Shown piece after piece: positions 23,801 to 36,224 of a stretch of 64,000 nucleotides of DNA. The notes under the pieces are model-generated. The model saw only the letters and a list, made by a program, of their open reading frames with translations. It made no database searches and was not told where the DNA came from. Source of the stretch: Fimicolochytrium jonesii. Taxonomy: Eukaryota. The position numbers were made by a program, and so were the translations under genes. The stretch is from positions 1 to 64,000 of the forward strand of contig NW_026515675.1 in NCBI RefSeq assembly GCF_025526975.1. The letters are read 5' to 3'. Position 1 is the first letter of the stretch. Each line of letters starts with the position of its first letter.

Positions 23801-24464
23801 CAACCTCTCATCGGCGTTCCATCCCCAGAGCGATGGACAAACCGAGCGGACCAATCAGATTCTTGAGCAATACCTTCGCTGCTTTTGCAACTATCAACAA
23901 GATAACTGGAAGGAACTCTTGTCTTCTGCTGAGTTCTCTTACAATAACACCATCCACTCCGCCACCCAGACAACCCCCTTCTACGCCAACTATGGGTTCC
24001 ATCCTCGATTCAGTCTGGCTTCCGCCACCACAACCGAATCCCTTAATCCTGCAGCCGAAGCTCGTGCCAACCATCTCAAGGAAATCCATGAACAGCTTGC
24101 CACTGAGCTCAAGGAGGCCCAAGGATGCATGAAGCGCTTTGCCGATGCTAAGAGGGCACCTGGCCCAGACATGAAACCCGGGGACAGTGTCTGGCTCTTA
24201 CAGCGGAATCTCAAGACTCTCCGACCTTCCCAGAAACTTGATCACCGTATGATTGGCCCCTTCACAATCACGGAGAAGATCAACTCGGTCACATATCGCC
24301 TCAAGCTTCCCCCATCCTACAAAACTCACAACGTCTTCCATGTCTCCCTTCTTGAACCATGTTTCACCATTCCGGAGCGAACTGAGCCAGAACCCACCCC
24401 ACCAGAAGAAGTCGAAGGACAGGAGGAATGGATTGTGGAAGACATTCTTGACTCCCGTATTTGA
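20790..24464 (+). CDS. pol: A2 pol (PR-RT-RH-IN-partial chromodomain), open frame entered by -1 frameshift
   Basis: LLDTGA; YLDD; SDASD; DHKNL; HDTRLAGH...CDEC; SDRGPQF; TGA inside the chromodomain, whose remainder continues in frame to about 24645. Confidence 0.96.
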   Translation, partial: GFCPSPAAVKAEQLGNTCPGPSHHASTAKGEATKPCSDPGISSNTLLLTTNNVNLLSEIPSPMRTLGPSSPFEYPVTLQISAQRAPVQLSALLDTGAMSCFIDESYARKHRIPLVKKEDPIALELVDGRPSHAGSITHHTQPLGMWVNDHFEEVVFHVTCSPHAPIILGLPWFELHDVELHWKTRTLCVRCHCGFGQYASWDALPTEPSPKPSKTPEPLIRIHQDEISVSLAQTPNTLDPAPTPIHVSFISAPAFCVAARHDQAFIAYANPTKSDSQALATTPPKDPKAINPEEYQDFADVFAKKNADTLPEHRPYDCPIDLEEGKQPPFGPIYSLSEPEMQALCDYLEENLAKGFIKHSKSPAGAPVLFVKKKDGSLRLCVNYRGLNNITIKNRYPLPLINSIMDRLRGARRLTKIDLRGAYNLLRIRPGDEWKTAFRCRYGLFEYNVMPFGLTNAPGVFQHLMNDIFRDILDVFVVVYLDDILIFSKNPEDHPNHVREVLSRLRQHGLYAKPEKCEFNRDSVEFLGFIISQQGISMDPKKTAAITEWEPPTNVKGIQRFLGFANFYRRFIKGYSAIVAPLTTLTRKDLPFKWTHAAHLAFETLKKAFTSAPILTHPDPDKPFIVESDASDFALGAVLLQPDDTDQLHPVAFHSRKFTPEEINYEIYDKELLAIQDSFAQWRHHLIGARHKVIVYCDHKNLQYFMTTRTLNRRQSRWSIFFADFDFVITYRPGTQQHQADALSRRSEYELREGEEAFRSQETTILTPDHLRLAATYLTPLDSSLLDQIKAALASDVFAQTIRRQLRAPIAQQSQEGQERIKRFSEENGVLLYDNLVYVPTNKLRAEICRDMHDTRLAGHYGMSKTLELISRNYWWPSQWRFVKSYIRSCDECAQAKTSRHKPYGLLQPLQVPDRPWWSISMDFITDLPASDGVDSVLVVICRFTKMAHFVPCRKTATAESTADLIWYHVIRLHGLPDDIVSDRGPQFNSHFWKRLFALLGTKVNLSSAFHPQSDGQTERTNQILEQYLRCFCNYQQDNWKELLSSAEFSYNNTIHSATQTTPFYANYGFHPRFSLASATTTESLNPAAEARANHLKEIHEQLATELKEAQGCMKRFADAKRAPGPDMKPGDSVWLLQRNLKTLRPSQKLDHRMIGPFTITEKINSVTYRLKLPPSYKTHNVFHVSLLEPCFTIPERTEPEPTPPEEVEGQEEWIVEDILDSRI

Positions 24465-26939
24465 CGCACGCACCTTCAGTACCTCATCAAGTGGCAGGGT
24501 TGGCCAAGCTCGGAGAACACATGGGAGCCAGTGGAACACCTTGCCCGCTGTCAAGAGCTTGTTGCCCAGTTCCACCAAAAGTACCCCGACAAACCCCGAC
24601 CAAAGCCTGCCAACATCAAAACAACATCCGGACGCCGTGGCTAAAGGAGGGGGTGATGTTATGGACGACGCGTCCATACCATGCGCTTACCTCATGACAG
24701 CATCCCAACAGTCAGTCAATGTCAATTCCCTGTCAAAACCTGACATCTGCCAAACCTCGCAGCCGCACGCAGCCGCGCTACCCCACACCTGCCACTGCCT
24801 TCATTTCTCCACGCAGCCGCACGTCGCCACACCTCCCAACACTCGGCGCTTACAAACCCTTCTTCATACTTCCCCACGTACCCGCCCACAGCCTCAGCGT
24901 AGCCACCCCATCCCCAGTCTTCTGTTTCTATGCTTCCCCACCCTTGGCGCTTCTCTTGGCTTCCCTCTCATTCCGTACCCTTCTGCTTCCCCACGCTTCC
25001 CCAGCCTTCCCAGAAAAACATAAATAGCCGCCTCCCCTGAGCTCCCCACTTCCTGATCCCCCAGCAGATCAACACCAGTTCTTCCTAGTCTTGTTCTAGT
25101 TCTTGTTTCGGTCTGAATACCATTACCTGTCAACAACCTGCACCACAAGTCGCCTCTATTTCCATCGGCTCCGCCCATTCATAACAAAGAGTATGATTTC
25201 GACATCCAGTACACACCTGGACGATGGAATCATATTGCCAACATGCTCTCCCGCAATCCACTCTACGCGCCTCAGTGTGTAGATTGTCAACGACGCCTCG
25301 ACATGCATACGCAGATCAGGAACATGCTTGTCAACGAACCTTCCTTCAACGCTACGACAGACGATCCACAAAACTCACCTACCTGCTCAGAAGAAGAATG
25401 GAAAAAAGCGCTAGGCGAAGATCCATATTCGGATTATCTCGATGAAATTTCTCGAAAGCCCCAACACGAGAAAACTTCGAAAGAACTTCGTTATACGTTC
25501 GAAAATGGATTAGTACGACACGAAGGACGTCTATACGTTCCTGAAGACATTTGCCCGAAGATTTTGCGGAAATTCCATGACGAACTCGCCACCGGAGGAC
25601 ATCTCGGTCTTAAGAAGACTCGCGCGAGAATTCTTATGGACTATTATTGGCCTACCGTACGCTCCGACGTCATCAAATACGTTGGAACTTGCAAATCCTG
25701 TCAACAATTCAAACCTGGTCATCGTCGATACGGATTTCTTCGACCTCTTCCTATACCTTTTGGAAGATGGCACACGATCGCATTCGACATTTTCGAAGTA
25801 GATGAAACAAACTCTTGTCTCGTCTGCATTGATTACCTTTCTGGACGTGTGATTCTGACACCGATCAAGAAGACAATCACTGGACGCGAATTAGCCCAAG
25901 TCTTTCTAGATCATGTGTGGAAACATGTCGGTACGCCAAAAGTCTTCGTTACGGATCGCGAACCTCGCGCACTTTCCGACTTCTTCCTTGCATTTGATAT
26001 TCTCCTTGGTGTAAAGCACAAATTCGCTACAGCTCGTCATCAGCAAACCGACGGCAAAGATGAACGAGCCATCCAAACCCTGAAAAGCATTTGGAAGCAA
26101 TATCTCAACTACGACAAAAGCAATTGGAAGAAACTATTGCCTTTAATCGAATTCGCATACAACACTGCTCCGAGGGAGGAATATGAAGGTTTATTGCCAT
26201 TCGAAGTAGATCTTGGACACTCTCCAATCCTTCTGGGTTGGAATCCAACACTCGAAGGACAAGAACTCAAACTTCGAGCTGTAGATCGAAACGAAATCGA
26301 ACTCTTCAAGAAAGGGCAGGAAGACATCGCCCGTATCGTACGCGAAAACCTTCAGAGATCGCAAGATCAATTCGCACGTCAACACGACAAAGGTCATACG
26401 CCGATTGCCTACAGATTGAAGAACGCAGACAACCTGAATGGGTTGTAGAAGATATCATCGACGGGCGAGGCGCTGTACGAAATCTTCTAGTCAAATGGCT
26501 CGGTTATCCTGACCCTACTTGGGAACCCGAATCCGCACTTCGCTATACGCCTGCCTACAAATGATGGCGAAAAGCTCACCCACAATCTTTGTGGATACGG
26601 AGACGAACAGCGTAGAGCATCTCATATCACATCACACGCGCGACGCCGCAGGAACCGCTCACTACCAATCACACCACTGACAATAGCGACGTAAACTAAA
26701 TCACATCACGTGCGGCGACACAAGAACCGACCTTACACACACACACATATCACACACGATGTCGGCTTAGGGACGCCTTTGCCTCAAACACACACATTAC
26801 ACATCACACAGTGCGTCAACACTATAAAATGAACAAGTGCGTCAACACTTTAAAATGAACATGAGCTCTTCCTTTCTTCAGATATCCCTCGTAGTTCACC
26901 TCTTATTTATTCAGCGCCCTGCTCAGGATCTGAGGGAGG

Positions 26940-27214
26940 TGTTGGGGATATCTCATCTTCACTTGTACTTCATATTATATCTCTTTACTTCTACTTGATC
27001 CGAGACCCGGGCTGGCCACCCGAGCTCTTGGTGATACAATACATAAGGCGCCAAGCCTCACTGAAGCCACGCAAGCCCCACTGGCAGCCCCTATATAAAG
27101 CTGTCAGTTGACCGGCCGCTGCGAAGAGCTTCTTACTTTTTTCTTCACTACAATACACTGCTCTCAGCCCGCTCGGAAGGGCCCAATATCGTCTACGTTT
27201 CCTCTGACGTTACA
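26940..27214 (+). repeat. Probable family B 3' LTR (about 275 bp)
   Basis: PPT GAGGGAGG then TG...; TATATAAAG near 27092; ends ...GTTACA at the junction with C2. Only the first 92 bp are confirmed by a second copy. Confidence 0.6.
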
Positions 27215-30200
27215 GGGCTTCCCGCAGTTTCTGCTGCACTATGAGTTCAATGAATCGGTATGCCTCAGCACGCTTCTCCATCGGTTTGATGAGCTCACGT
27301 TGTGACTTATGCAAGAATGGGATCGAGATATCGTCCATACGTTGCAACACCTTTGTGTCAACTTGCCAATGCATCGGCGCCTGCGGAATTCTACCCAAAT
27401 CAACCTCGAAAGGGCAGTATCCAGTGCTGTTCTGCGTACGGTTGTAGGCAAACTCCAACATCGGTGGTTTGTCAACCCAATCGTCTCCCGTTACATTAAG
27501 GTACGGTTCAATCATCTTCTTCAAGATAGAGATACACCGTTCGACCTTTCCGTCCGTCTGTTGGTGTCGTGCCATGCTCAAGCTCTCCTAGAGCCCAACA
27601 ACGATTGAAATGCCTTCCAGAAGTCTGCCAGGTAGCGGGGATCTCGATCTCCGACGATCACAGCTGCAGTACCTGTATGGCGCCATACCTCATGGAAGTA
27701 AAGCTGGGCCAACTCCTCGGCAGTTATCGTGGATTTCGCAGGTATAAAGTATGCGCGCCCTGACAGATAGTCGATGAAGACAATAACACTGTCGTAAGAC
27801 GCATCACTATGCACCTTCCCCCCCCACAACTGGGTTATTGGCATCGAGACAGGGTCCATATCCATCGTGTGCCAACGTCGGTCGGGAACTGGGAGCAAAC
27901 GAAGTAAGCCAACACCCTTATTCTTCGGCAACTTGAACCTTTGGCAAGACCCACAAGTCTTCATGTATCCTCTCACATCTGCGTCCATATTGCGCTAGTA
28001 AAACTCACGTAGGAGCTTGCCAATGTACCTTGTACCCCCGTATGCGAGCCAGAGAGCAACGAGTCGTGGTACGCTTGCAATACAGTCCCTCGTAAAGCAG
28101 CTGGCACATAGAACTTATCGTGGTACAGTAAACGACCATAGTCATCGATCGAAAAACGGCAATCGAATGTAGAATGTCGTTCCTTTGGCTGTGACAACGC
28201 CTCTTTCCGCAAAGCAAAGTACTCATCAGCCTCCAAGGTTCGTATCCAATCTTTAAGCCTAACATTCCACAAAGGAATATACTCAACGGACATCCCCATG
28301 GCCGCAGCGATTTCAACTCGCTAGTTACACTCGGCGCAGCGAGGAGCGTAATAAGGATTACGACTCAACACATCCGCAACGGTGTTCCAGCGACCAGGTT
28401 GATATTCAATATCAAATTTGAATTGTTGCAGGAATTCAACCCATCGTGCTAGGCGATGGCTCAGGAAGGGCTGTGTCTGCAGCGGGACCAAACTAGCGTG
28501 ATCGGTGAACGCACAAAACGGGCGGTCATTCATCCGATCCTGCAAGTAATGCCTGTTCGCCTTGCATATGCTAACCAGAGCTAATAGCTCTTGTTTGTGC
28601 ACGGGGTAACGTGTTTCAGCGGGTTGCATCTTCCGCCCAAAGAAAGCTATTGGATTTAACGGAGGCAGATTCTTAAATCCCTTCACTGAGGTAGGCAACG
28701 GTGATGGGTAGTGCTCCGCTGGGTCCGCCGGCTGGGCGAGCCATCCTCCTATTGCAAAACCCGACGCATCCGTGAACATGTATAGATCTCGCTCCGGGTC
28801 GTAGGACGCAAGCGTAGGAGCTGTAATAATAGCTTCCTTCAGCTTAACAAAAGCCGTCTCTTTGACATTGCCCCAGTGCCAAGGCCTTTTGCCCGACTGT
28901 AGCTCTGTCAATGGATACGCGATGTATGCATAACGATCGACGTATTGACTCAAATAATTTGTTAACCCTATGAAAGACTGAACCTCTTTCTGCCTTGTAG
29001 GGCGTGCAAAGTTCCGCAGGGCGTCCAATTTCGAGAGTGCAATGGCCATCGTATCCTCGCCTAATAGATGCCCGGAGAATTCAAGCTCCTTCTGCATCCA
29101 TTTGCACTTGGACGGCTTAACATAGAGTTTATGTTCAGCGAGAACAGCCAAAACGCTGTCCACATGAGGGATATGCTCCTCGGCCGTTTCCGAGAAGATT
29201 AAGATATCGTCTAGGTAAGATATGACATACGCATCGTACGTCTTACCCAATATCTTATTGGTTAACCGTTGGAACGTTGCTGGCGCAATCGTCAGCCCAA
29301 ACGGCATAATCAAATACTCAAAATGGCCAAACCGCGTCCGAAACGCTGTTTTGTCCCTATCAGCCTTGCGAACTAAGAGGCGGTGATACGCATCTTTGAT
29401 GTCCAACAACGACTTGAATTTCTTTCCACGTACCCGATCCCGCATCTCAGCAAGATTCGGTAACGGCGTACGGTCCTTTATCGTTGCTTTATTCAGCCCA
29501 TGATAATCAATGCACATACGTAAGGTGCGATCCTTTTTCTTAGCAAATAACACTGCGGCGCCCCACGGGCTCTGCGAGTGTTGAATCCAACCGCGCTCCA
29601 GCATGAGAGTAACCTTCTCATTCAGCTCTTTGAGTTCGGCTTTGCTCATATGCCATAAAGGACTAACAACAGGCTTCGTACCCGGCTCCAGCTCGATATG
29701 GAACTTATCCTCTCCCCTATCGGGCGGCAAATCGGCGTGCTCAACAAACAAACTATCCACGTACTTTTCTAACGTTGGATAAAGACGGTGATCCGATGGC
29801 ATGCCCAAATCAACCTTCTTTGTCCTGCAGCTTCGCTCATTTGAACCTCTGGCTCTGGTTCGGCGCGATCGCGCTCATCTGCGGGGACATAAGCCGGTGA
29901 TGCATTCACAGCAGCCTCTCTGTCCATAGCGTATGCTATGTAACACTTCCCATACACCTTTTTTCGAGATAAGCGAGTGAACTTCTGATAAGTTACCACT
30001 CCTGCACTCGGGTCTTCTCGTTCAGGCATCGCCGCCTTGAATCGTTTAGATTTCTTTCTGGTGTCCTTGTTGGCGTTGAATGTATGGCCGTCGTCGCCCC
30101 AGGCGACATCAATGGGCATTTTAGGGTTATAGGTTTGGAAACCATGTTTCCACACCCATCCCTGACGTACCATCAGTGCTGTGCATCCCGTATCGATCAG

Positions 30201-32628
30201 AATACGACAAAACTTGCCATTCAACTTGCCATGAACTACAAATGCACATAGTGCGATCAACGCATCGGGTTGCAATTGCAGTGCTTCAGGCCTAGTCTTC
30301 AAAACGGTTTCAGTGTCGTCTGGCCGGCACAGGCGCGCCCCCGCAGCAGACGTATTGCCACAATCAACCAGTATACCATCAGCGGACTCAGGGCGTATAG
30401 CCTCAAGTTCCTCTTCAATGGACACCATTGCACAATGAGACGAATAAACGGTGTCTTTATTAAGCGTCTCTACTGAAAACCCTTTTTCTGACCAGCGTCC
30501 AAACGTGGCTTATCCTTAGCCTCGTCGGACTTCTTATCCTTCTTCTTTTTAGGACAATCTCGCGCACGATGACCCATCTCGCCACAATCGAAACACTTCA
30601 TGTGCGAGAGGTCTGGGCGTGCGTAAGGTTTAGTAGCTTCCGCCTTCTTAGCTTCCCCCCCCTTCTTGCCCGCAGTACCCGCGGCAGAAGAGACATTAGC
30701 ACGTTTAGGCGCACTACTACCAGAAGCAACTGCTTTATCGTTCGCGTCGGTTCCCTTCTCGGCGAGGCGACGTACAGCAAACGAACTAAGCGCACGATCC
30801 ATCAACTGAATCAATGGAAATGCGAGCAGAGGGTGTTGCTCCCTATAATCGACCATCGTATGCAATAACGACTGGGCGATCTCATAGCCGACGGTATTGG
30901 TCTTATCGTAAGTAAGACCACAAAGGAACAGGTTATTCGAATCGTCCGGAGCGATAACCTCCAGGTTGCGCTGTGCCTCGGCAACGATACGTTTGGACTC
31001 CGTCACATACGAATCCATCAACTTATGAAAAGTCATTCGGTGCAGAGCATTGAGCGCGTTGGTTTTCGCGTTCGTAGGATAAAAGGCTCATTTGAAAGCC
31101 GTTTCAAAATCCTCTTTCCGCATGTCAAGCCTGCATGCGGTGTCGAACCAGGTACGTGCGTCGCCTTCAAGCGAGCTAGATACCTTCTGCATGTACTTCA
31201 AGTCGTCAATCGGAAGACCAAAAGTAACCATGAAGTCCGTATGCTTCCGCAAAAACGTGTCGACAAAAGCGGCCTCGCGCCGTTTGCCATTAAACGGATG
31301 CTGCGAGATCCATGTACCATGGTGTCTACGCTGCTCAATATGGAACGGATCCACCGACCCATCCTGCAGCACATCGCGGCGCATCGCGGAGTCACGCTCC
31401 AACGTAGCTCGCAAACGATCCTGTCGAGCCTGATGTTCCTCGGCATGTTGATCGTGAACTTCTGCTTGAGCGGCAGCCGCAGCAGCCTTCATTCGGGCAC
31501 TAAGCTCCTCGACGGAGATCGTCAACATAGCCGTAGCGGGCGGGTTCCCAGCAGAAGGTGGGGGAGGTCCACCGACCTGGATACCCTCCATTGGAACAGG
31601 TCCCGTTGTTTGAGGAGGAGGAGGAAGGGGAACTTCAACACGAGGTTTGTCAACCAACGTTTCCGGCTCGTCAACGATCTCAGTAATAACAGCTGTACCT
31701 CCAGGAGCAGTTTCCTCACTCCTGGTAACTGTACTACCTGTTGATGTACTCATGACGACCTTCTGGCCAGTGTAATCTCGTTTGCAGGTCGAATAACCTC
31801 AAACAATGACGAATACGTACAGAATGCGGACAGGAGTACTCCGTTGATGTTGTATAGCTCAGTACCTCGAGGAAATACACACAAACAACTAGGTTTCAGG
31901 TATATGCCGTATGCAAAAACCAAAATCCGGGCATAGATTTTCCCTCTTTTTGAGCGAAAAATCCCCAAAATCCACCGTGTCCGATGTTGGCGGGTTTTGG
32001 CTACGTTGATCCTAGACAGAATCTAAAGCTATCAGTTTAAAGAGGCCTTTGAGAGGATCAGGAAGAACCCTAATGGCTTAGCTTTGTCCCAAAACTGAAA
32101 GACTTTTTCTATCCGCCCGTTTTCGCTTAAGTATCGAATTGATGACGAAGGCGATGACGGATTACTCGTTTTGCAGTGATTCAAAAATCCCAAAGCGTTC
32201 AGGTAAATTCAAGGTAATTCTCTGGATCGGGAAGAACCTTATCGGGGGCCGTTTCGGTCAAAACTGTCATAGTTTTGCTATACGGAGGTTATAGTGGCGA
32301 CGATTTAGCGCGTTTTTCGATATCTCCGCTTCCGTAGGTCGAATCTCTTTGAAACTTTCACAAGTCTTCAAGCTCAGTGTGCTCTGCGAGGTTTCCAAGT
32401 TTGAAGTGGATCGAATTACTGGGGTAGATTTCTGATCCGCAAATGGGTTACCAATTGGGTACTAGTAAACATGCGTTTATGTCGACTACGTGTCGACCGT
32501 CGAACGTATACTCTCAAGATGTTGATATACCAAAAGAGTAAGGTATGGATGGCAAACTGTGAGTTACGGAGGTTTGTTTAACCATCCAGGTGCGAAAAGC
32601 GAGGTGGTTGCGACGTATCGGTCGTCCC
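27215..32628 (-). mobile_element. Family C copy C2, truncated at both ends: leader, gag (31753-30470, stop at 31088), pol through integrase
   Basis: ORFs 31088-31753, 30470-31036, 29769-30428, 28321-29808 (YLDD) and 27578-27988 are all close homologs of C1. Confidence 0.95.
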
Positions 32629-33187
32629 TCCAGCTGTACCTCCGCCGGGACCCTTAAGACCGAGTACGCGCTCAACGCGCGCATCTTCCGCAGCGGCTGC
32701 AAGTGACTCCTCGATGTCGAAATCCCGTGTGAGAGAAGCTCTTCAACTGGCGACGGAGGTGGCAACGTTTCAAAATCGGAAAGATACCCATGAGAACCTT
32801 GCGCAACACCTGGCGGCTTCCCATGCGAGGCTGCAGCAATCCAAGAGAAGGAAGGGGTCGTTCGAGGCGCTGATGGAGGAGGCAGACTACCTTGGGTGTA
32901 AGGCAGTCTCGGAGTCGCAATACATAGGAAAGGGGGGCATTTCAAAGGAGAAAATGAAGGAGGCGAAGCGCCGCAGTGATGCGGATGAGAGACATAAGCG
33001 AGACAAGTTGATGAAGTGACTCCAGTACTTGAGAAAGCACATGGATGATTCGTCTTGGGGTGATGATGGTGACAGTGACGGAAACGGCGGGGGTGGTGGT
33101 ACAGGGGGTCCGCCTGATGGAGGCGGAGCCGGAGCTGGTGGAGCCCCCGGTGCCGGGGCAGCGGTGGCTATCACGGTGGCGGGTTAA
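32629..33187 (+). pseudogene. Antisense extra ORF remnant downstream of copia D RNase H; unknown function; charged and helical with a Gly-rich tail
   Basis: ORF 32714-33019 continues past a TGA as LQYLRKHMDDSSWGDDGDSDGNGGGGGTGG...AITVAG* (TAA 33185-33187); converges on the pol stop at 33246. Confidence 0.5.
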
Positions 33188-33245
33188 GTTGCCAAAGTCG
33201 TATATAGTGCCCAAAAGCCGTCCCGGCATGGGTGTTCTGTATGTC

Positions 33246-35387
33246 TTATTCGGACGTAGTTGTCGCCGGCTGTCTATTGCTAGCGACACGTCCTTCTTGA
33301 ATTGCCTGAATAAATTTTGTATGTGTCTCGGGAGGAAAAGGCTTAGTGAAGTAATGAGCCAATTGTTCCTGCGTCGCGGTGTCAAGGAGTATGACATCCT
33401 TCTTCGCCACGCCGTCGCGTAGTTTGTGGTAGCGTACGTCGATGTGTTTGGAGCGTTGAGTAATAGGCGTGGAGTTGGCAAACTCGCGGGCGCTCTGATT
33501 GTCGATGAGGATTGGCGTGGATTCCTTGATGTTGCCGTATTCGTTGCCGAAGACCTCCGCCATAATGGAGCGGAGCCAGTAGGCCTCGTTGTGCCCGAAG
33601 GATGCGGCGATATAGTCAGCTTCCGTGGAGCTGAGAGCTACGCACTTCTGTTTGGTGCTTTTCCAGTAGATAAGCTGGCCGTTGAAGAGGGTGGCAATGC
33701 CCGCCGTAGATTTGCGGTCATTGACATCGTCTGCGTATGATGCGTTGGTATAGACGGGAAGTCCAACTTGATCAGAATCACCGGACTTGTAGGTAAGCTC
33801 GAAGGTGCGGGGTCCTTTAAGGTAGCGCATGACGCGAAGTACATCATTCCAGTCAGCTTGGGTAGGAGCCGAGACCTGACGGGCAACGAAGCCGATGGCA
33901 GTTGAAATATCCCAGCGCCAGGTAATGGATGCCCACGTGAGGGCCCCCACTGCTTCCTGGTAGAGAAGCTTGTTAGGAAAAGGGGGGCTTGCGGAGGCTA
34001 GTCGGGTACGCGCAGAGACGGCGCACGGCGTAGAGACCGGGGTAGCGTTTTGTTGTCCAAATCGTTCGAGTAAACCGTCGATGTAGGTAACATTGCTGAT
34101 TTTAAGTTGGTTCCCGGACGGCGAGAGCTGGTAATCGAAGACCAGACCCAGGCAGTTCTTGATGGGACCGAGATCCGTACAGTTGAAATGAGAACATAGT
34201 TCACCTTTCCCTTGCTTGACATGTACGGGAAAGCAGCAGGCGATGAAGTCGTCCACATACATAAGGAGCATCTGGAGGGTGTCCAGCGTGCGCGTCGTGG
34301 TTGCGTAGCGATAGAAGACGCAAGGGCAGTTCTTCAGCAGGGTATAGCTGAGAGAACCGAGGGTTTCGCGAAGGGTGCGGTGCCAGAGAAGCGGAGATTG
34401 CTTCAGACCGTAGAGAGCCTTGCAAGGGAGATAGACCAAGTCTCCGCGCGGTTTGTGCGGATCTTTGTAGCCTTGAAATTGTTCAACATAGTCGGGACCG
34501 TTGATGTCGCTGCATAAGAAGGCGTTGGGTACATCAAGTTGATGAATCTCCATACCAAGAGGGATGGCAATGGCGAGGAAAAGGTGAAGAACTGACATGG
34601 GTAGGGTTGGCGCGTAGGTGTCATTATAATCAATGCCCTTGGTTTGACAAAAGCCTTGAAGGACGCCCCGACCCTTGAATTTCTTGAAAGTACCATCCGG
34701 ATTGAAGATTTGACGAAGCACTACCGAGTACGCGCTGATTGTACGGACGGGGTACGAGCTCCCAAGTACCGTTATCGACGAGAGCTTGGAACTCTTTATC
34801 AGCGGCGATCTAGAAGTTGGCTGATTGCGGCGAGGCCATCGCTTGGCGCCAGGTCATGGTGACGGATTGAGGGGTGTCGTCGGTACGCGCGTTGGAGGCA
34901 CACAAATAGTCCTCAATGGTTCTGGGGTGTAAAGCCTCTGGACGGGTCTCCCAGATGTCCAACGCTTCAGTCTCAATGGGATCAGAGCGTGGTTGCCAGG
35001 TATGGGTAGGAAAACCAACCCACTTGACTAAGTATTCCTTTTGAGTGTTCTTGCCGCAGCGGCGTTGACGTTCAGAAAGGATGTGTTCGATAGCGAACTC
35101 CTCTGGTGAGTGGGTAGCATCTTCTAGAAGGTCCAGAAGAGCAGGATCTTGACGAAGGTGTGCAGGGAGACCAGTAGATTCGTCAAAACGAACGTCACGG
35201 GAGACTGCGACAGCGTCGCGTACCGCATCCCATACGTAATAACCTTTAGTACCTTGTTGGTGAGCGTAGCGGACGGTAGAGCGATTAGCCATCATGTCCC
35301 GGCCCTTGGGTGGAACGACTGTATACGTGAGACATCCAAGCTTGCGAAGATGCGCGACGCTTGGGCGGCGACCGGTAAGGTATTCGA
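33246..35387 (-). pseudogene. pol: Copia D 3' half: integrase C-terminus, chromodomain, RT, RNase H
   Basis: KGYYVWD...SRDVRFDE; chromodomain 35103-34948; QLDVPNAFL; KALYGLKQSP; YVDD; ALSSTEADY; SKHIDVRYH. Confidence 0.94.
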
Positions 35388-35964
35388 GACGTGTCTTGGG
35401 AGGCTCTGAAGATGTCTGGACCGTTTCCCAGACATCCAGGCATCAGCACTGCGCTTTCATGATGTTCTTAGACCTCATAGCGGTCAGTAGTGCCCATATG
35501 GCGCTGTGATCGGGTTGTAGTAGCTAGATTGGGTTTTATTGAGCTTGTGGAAGCCTGTAGCACCTTCCGCGGACTTGGCAGACGCCCATGGGGCATCAGC
35601 AGGTACCTGTGAGGCTACACAGACTTGGCAAAACCTTACAAACCTTACCAACCTTAACTGCGGCACTCAAAGATGCATTGGGCGTTCTGAGGGGGTCTCA
35701 GAGGGTGCTTTGGAGGCCCCAGCACATAGCACATAGCTAAATCCCCAAGAAAGAAGCCCCAGATTCCTATAAAAGGCAGACCTGTTGCCCATCCCCTCCC
35801 TTCACTTTATCCTCTTCAATACACTACTTTCTATCGCACTACTCTAGCCACACTACTGTCTTCTACATCACAACACTGTCCTTTGGGCAGCTACGTCCCT
35901 CAGTCAACGGCGAATCAGTCTTAGTGACCTTTCAGATACACCTATATCAGCTAAGATTTCAATA

Positions 35965-35977
35965 GGTTATGAGCCCT
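35965..35977 (+). promoter_or_regulatory. PBS GGTTATGAGCCCT (half-tRNA-iMet type)
   Basis: Directly abuts the LTR end TTTCAATA. Confidence 0.88.
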
Positions 35978-36224
35978 GAGCTTTATCATCACTAAAACCG
36001 TCTTCGCCAATCCTATTCAAGACGTTCCCAACCCCCTGCGGACGCTACCTGCGACCTACCCTCGACATACCCTTCCAAAATCACCATTTTTCGACCAAAA
36101 ACACACCAAAGTGCTCAACTCAACAAGATACGCACTACTTGACACTCAAAACGCGTCCAACGATATACCATCATCCAAAACGCGTCCACACACCCGAAAC
36201 ACACAACTTTAGCTCGAACACACA

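Larger units (their letters stand above)
19307..25186 (+). mobile_element. Full-length A2 chromovirus (Tf1/sushi-like) with two 530-bp LTRs and TSD AAGAG
   Basis: LTRs 19307-19836 and 24657-25186 (about 8 differences by eye); AAGAG at 19302-19306 and 25187-25191; PPT AAAGGAGGGGG. Confidence 0.98.
18712..26614 (+). pseudogene. pol: B4 pol remnant (RNase H, integrase, chromodomain), interrupted by A2 at 19307-25186
   Basis: Frame ...NLQE|YDFDIQY is restored when A2 is removed; ORF 25243-26448 is integrase; deletion near 26410. Confidence 0.9.
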
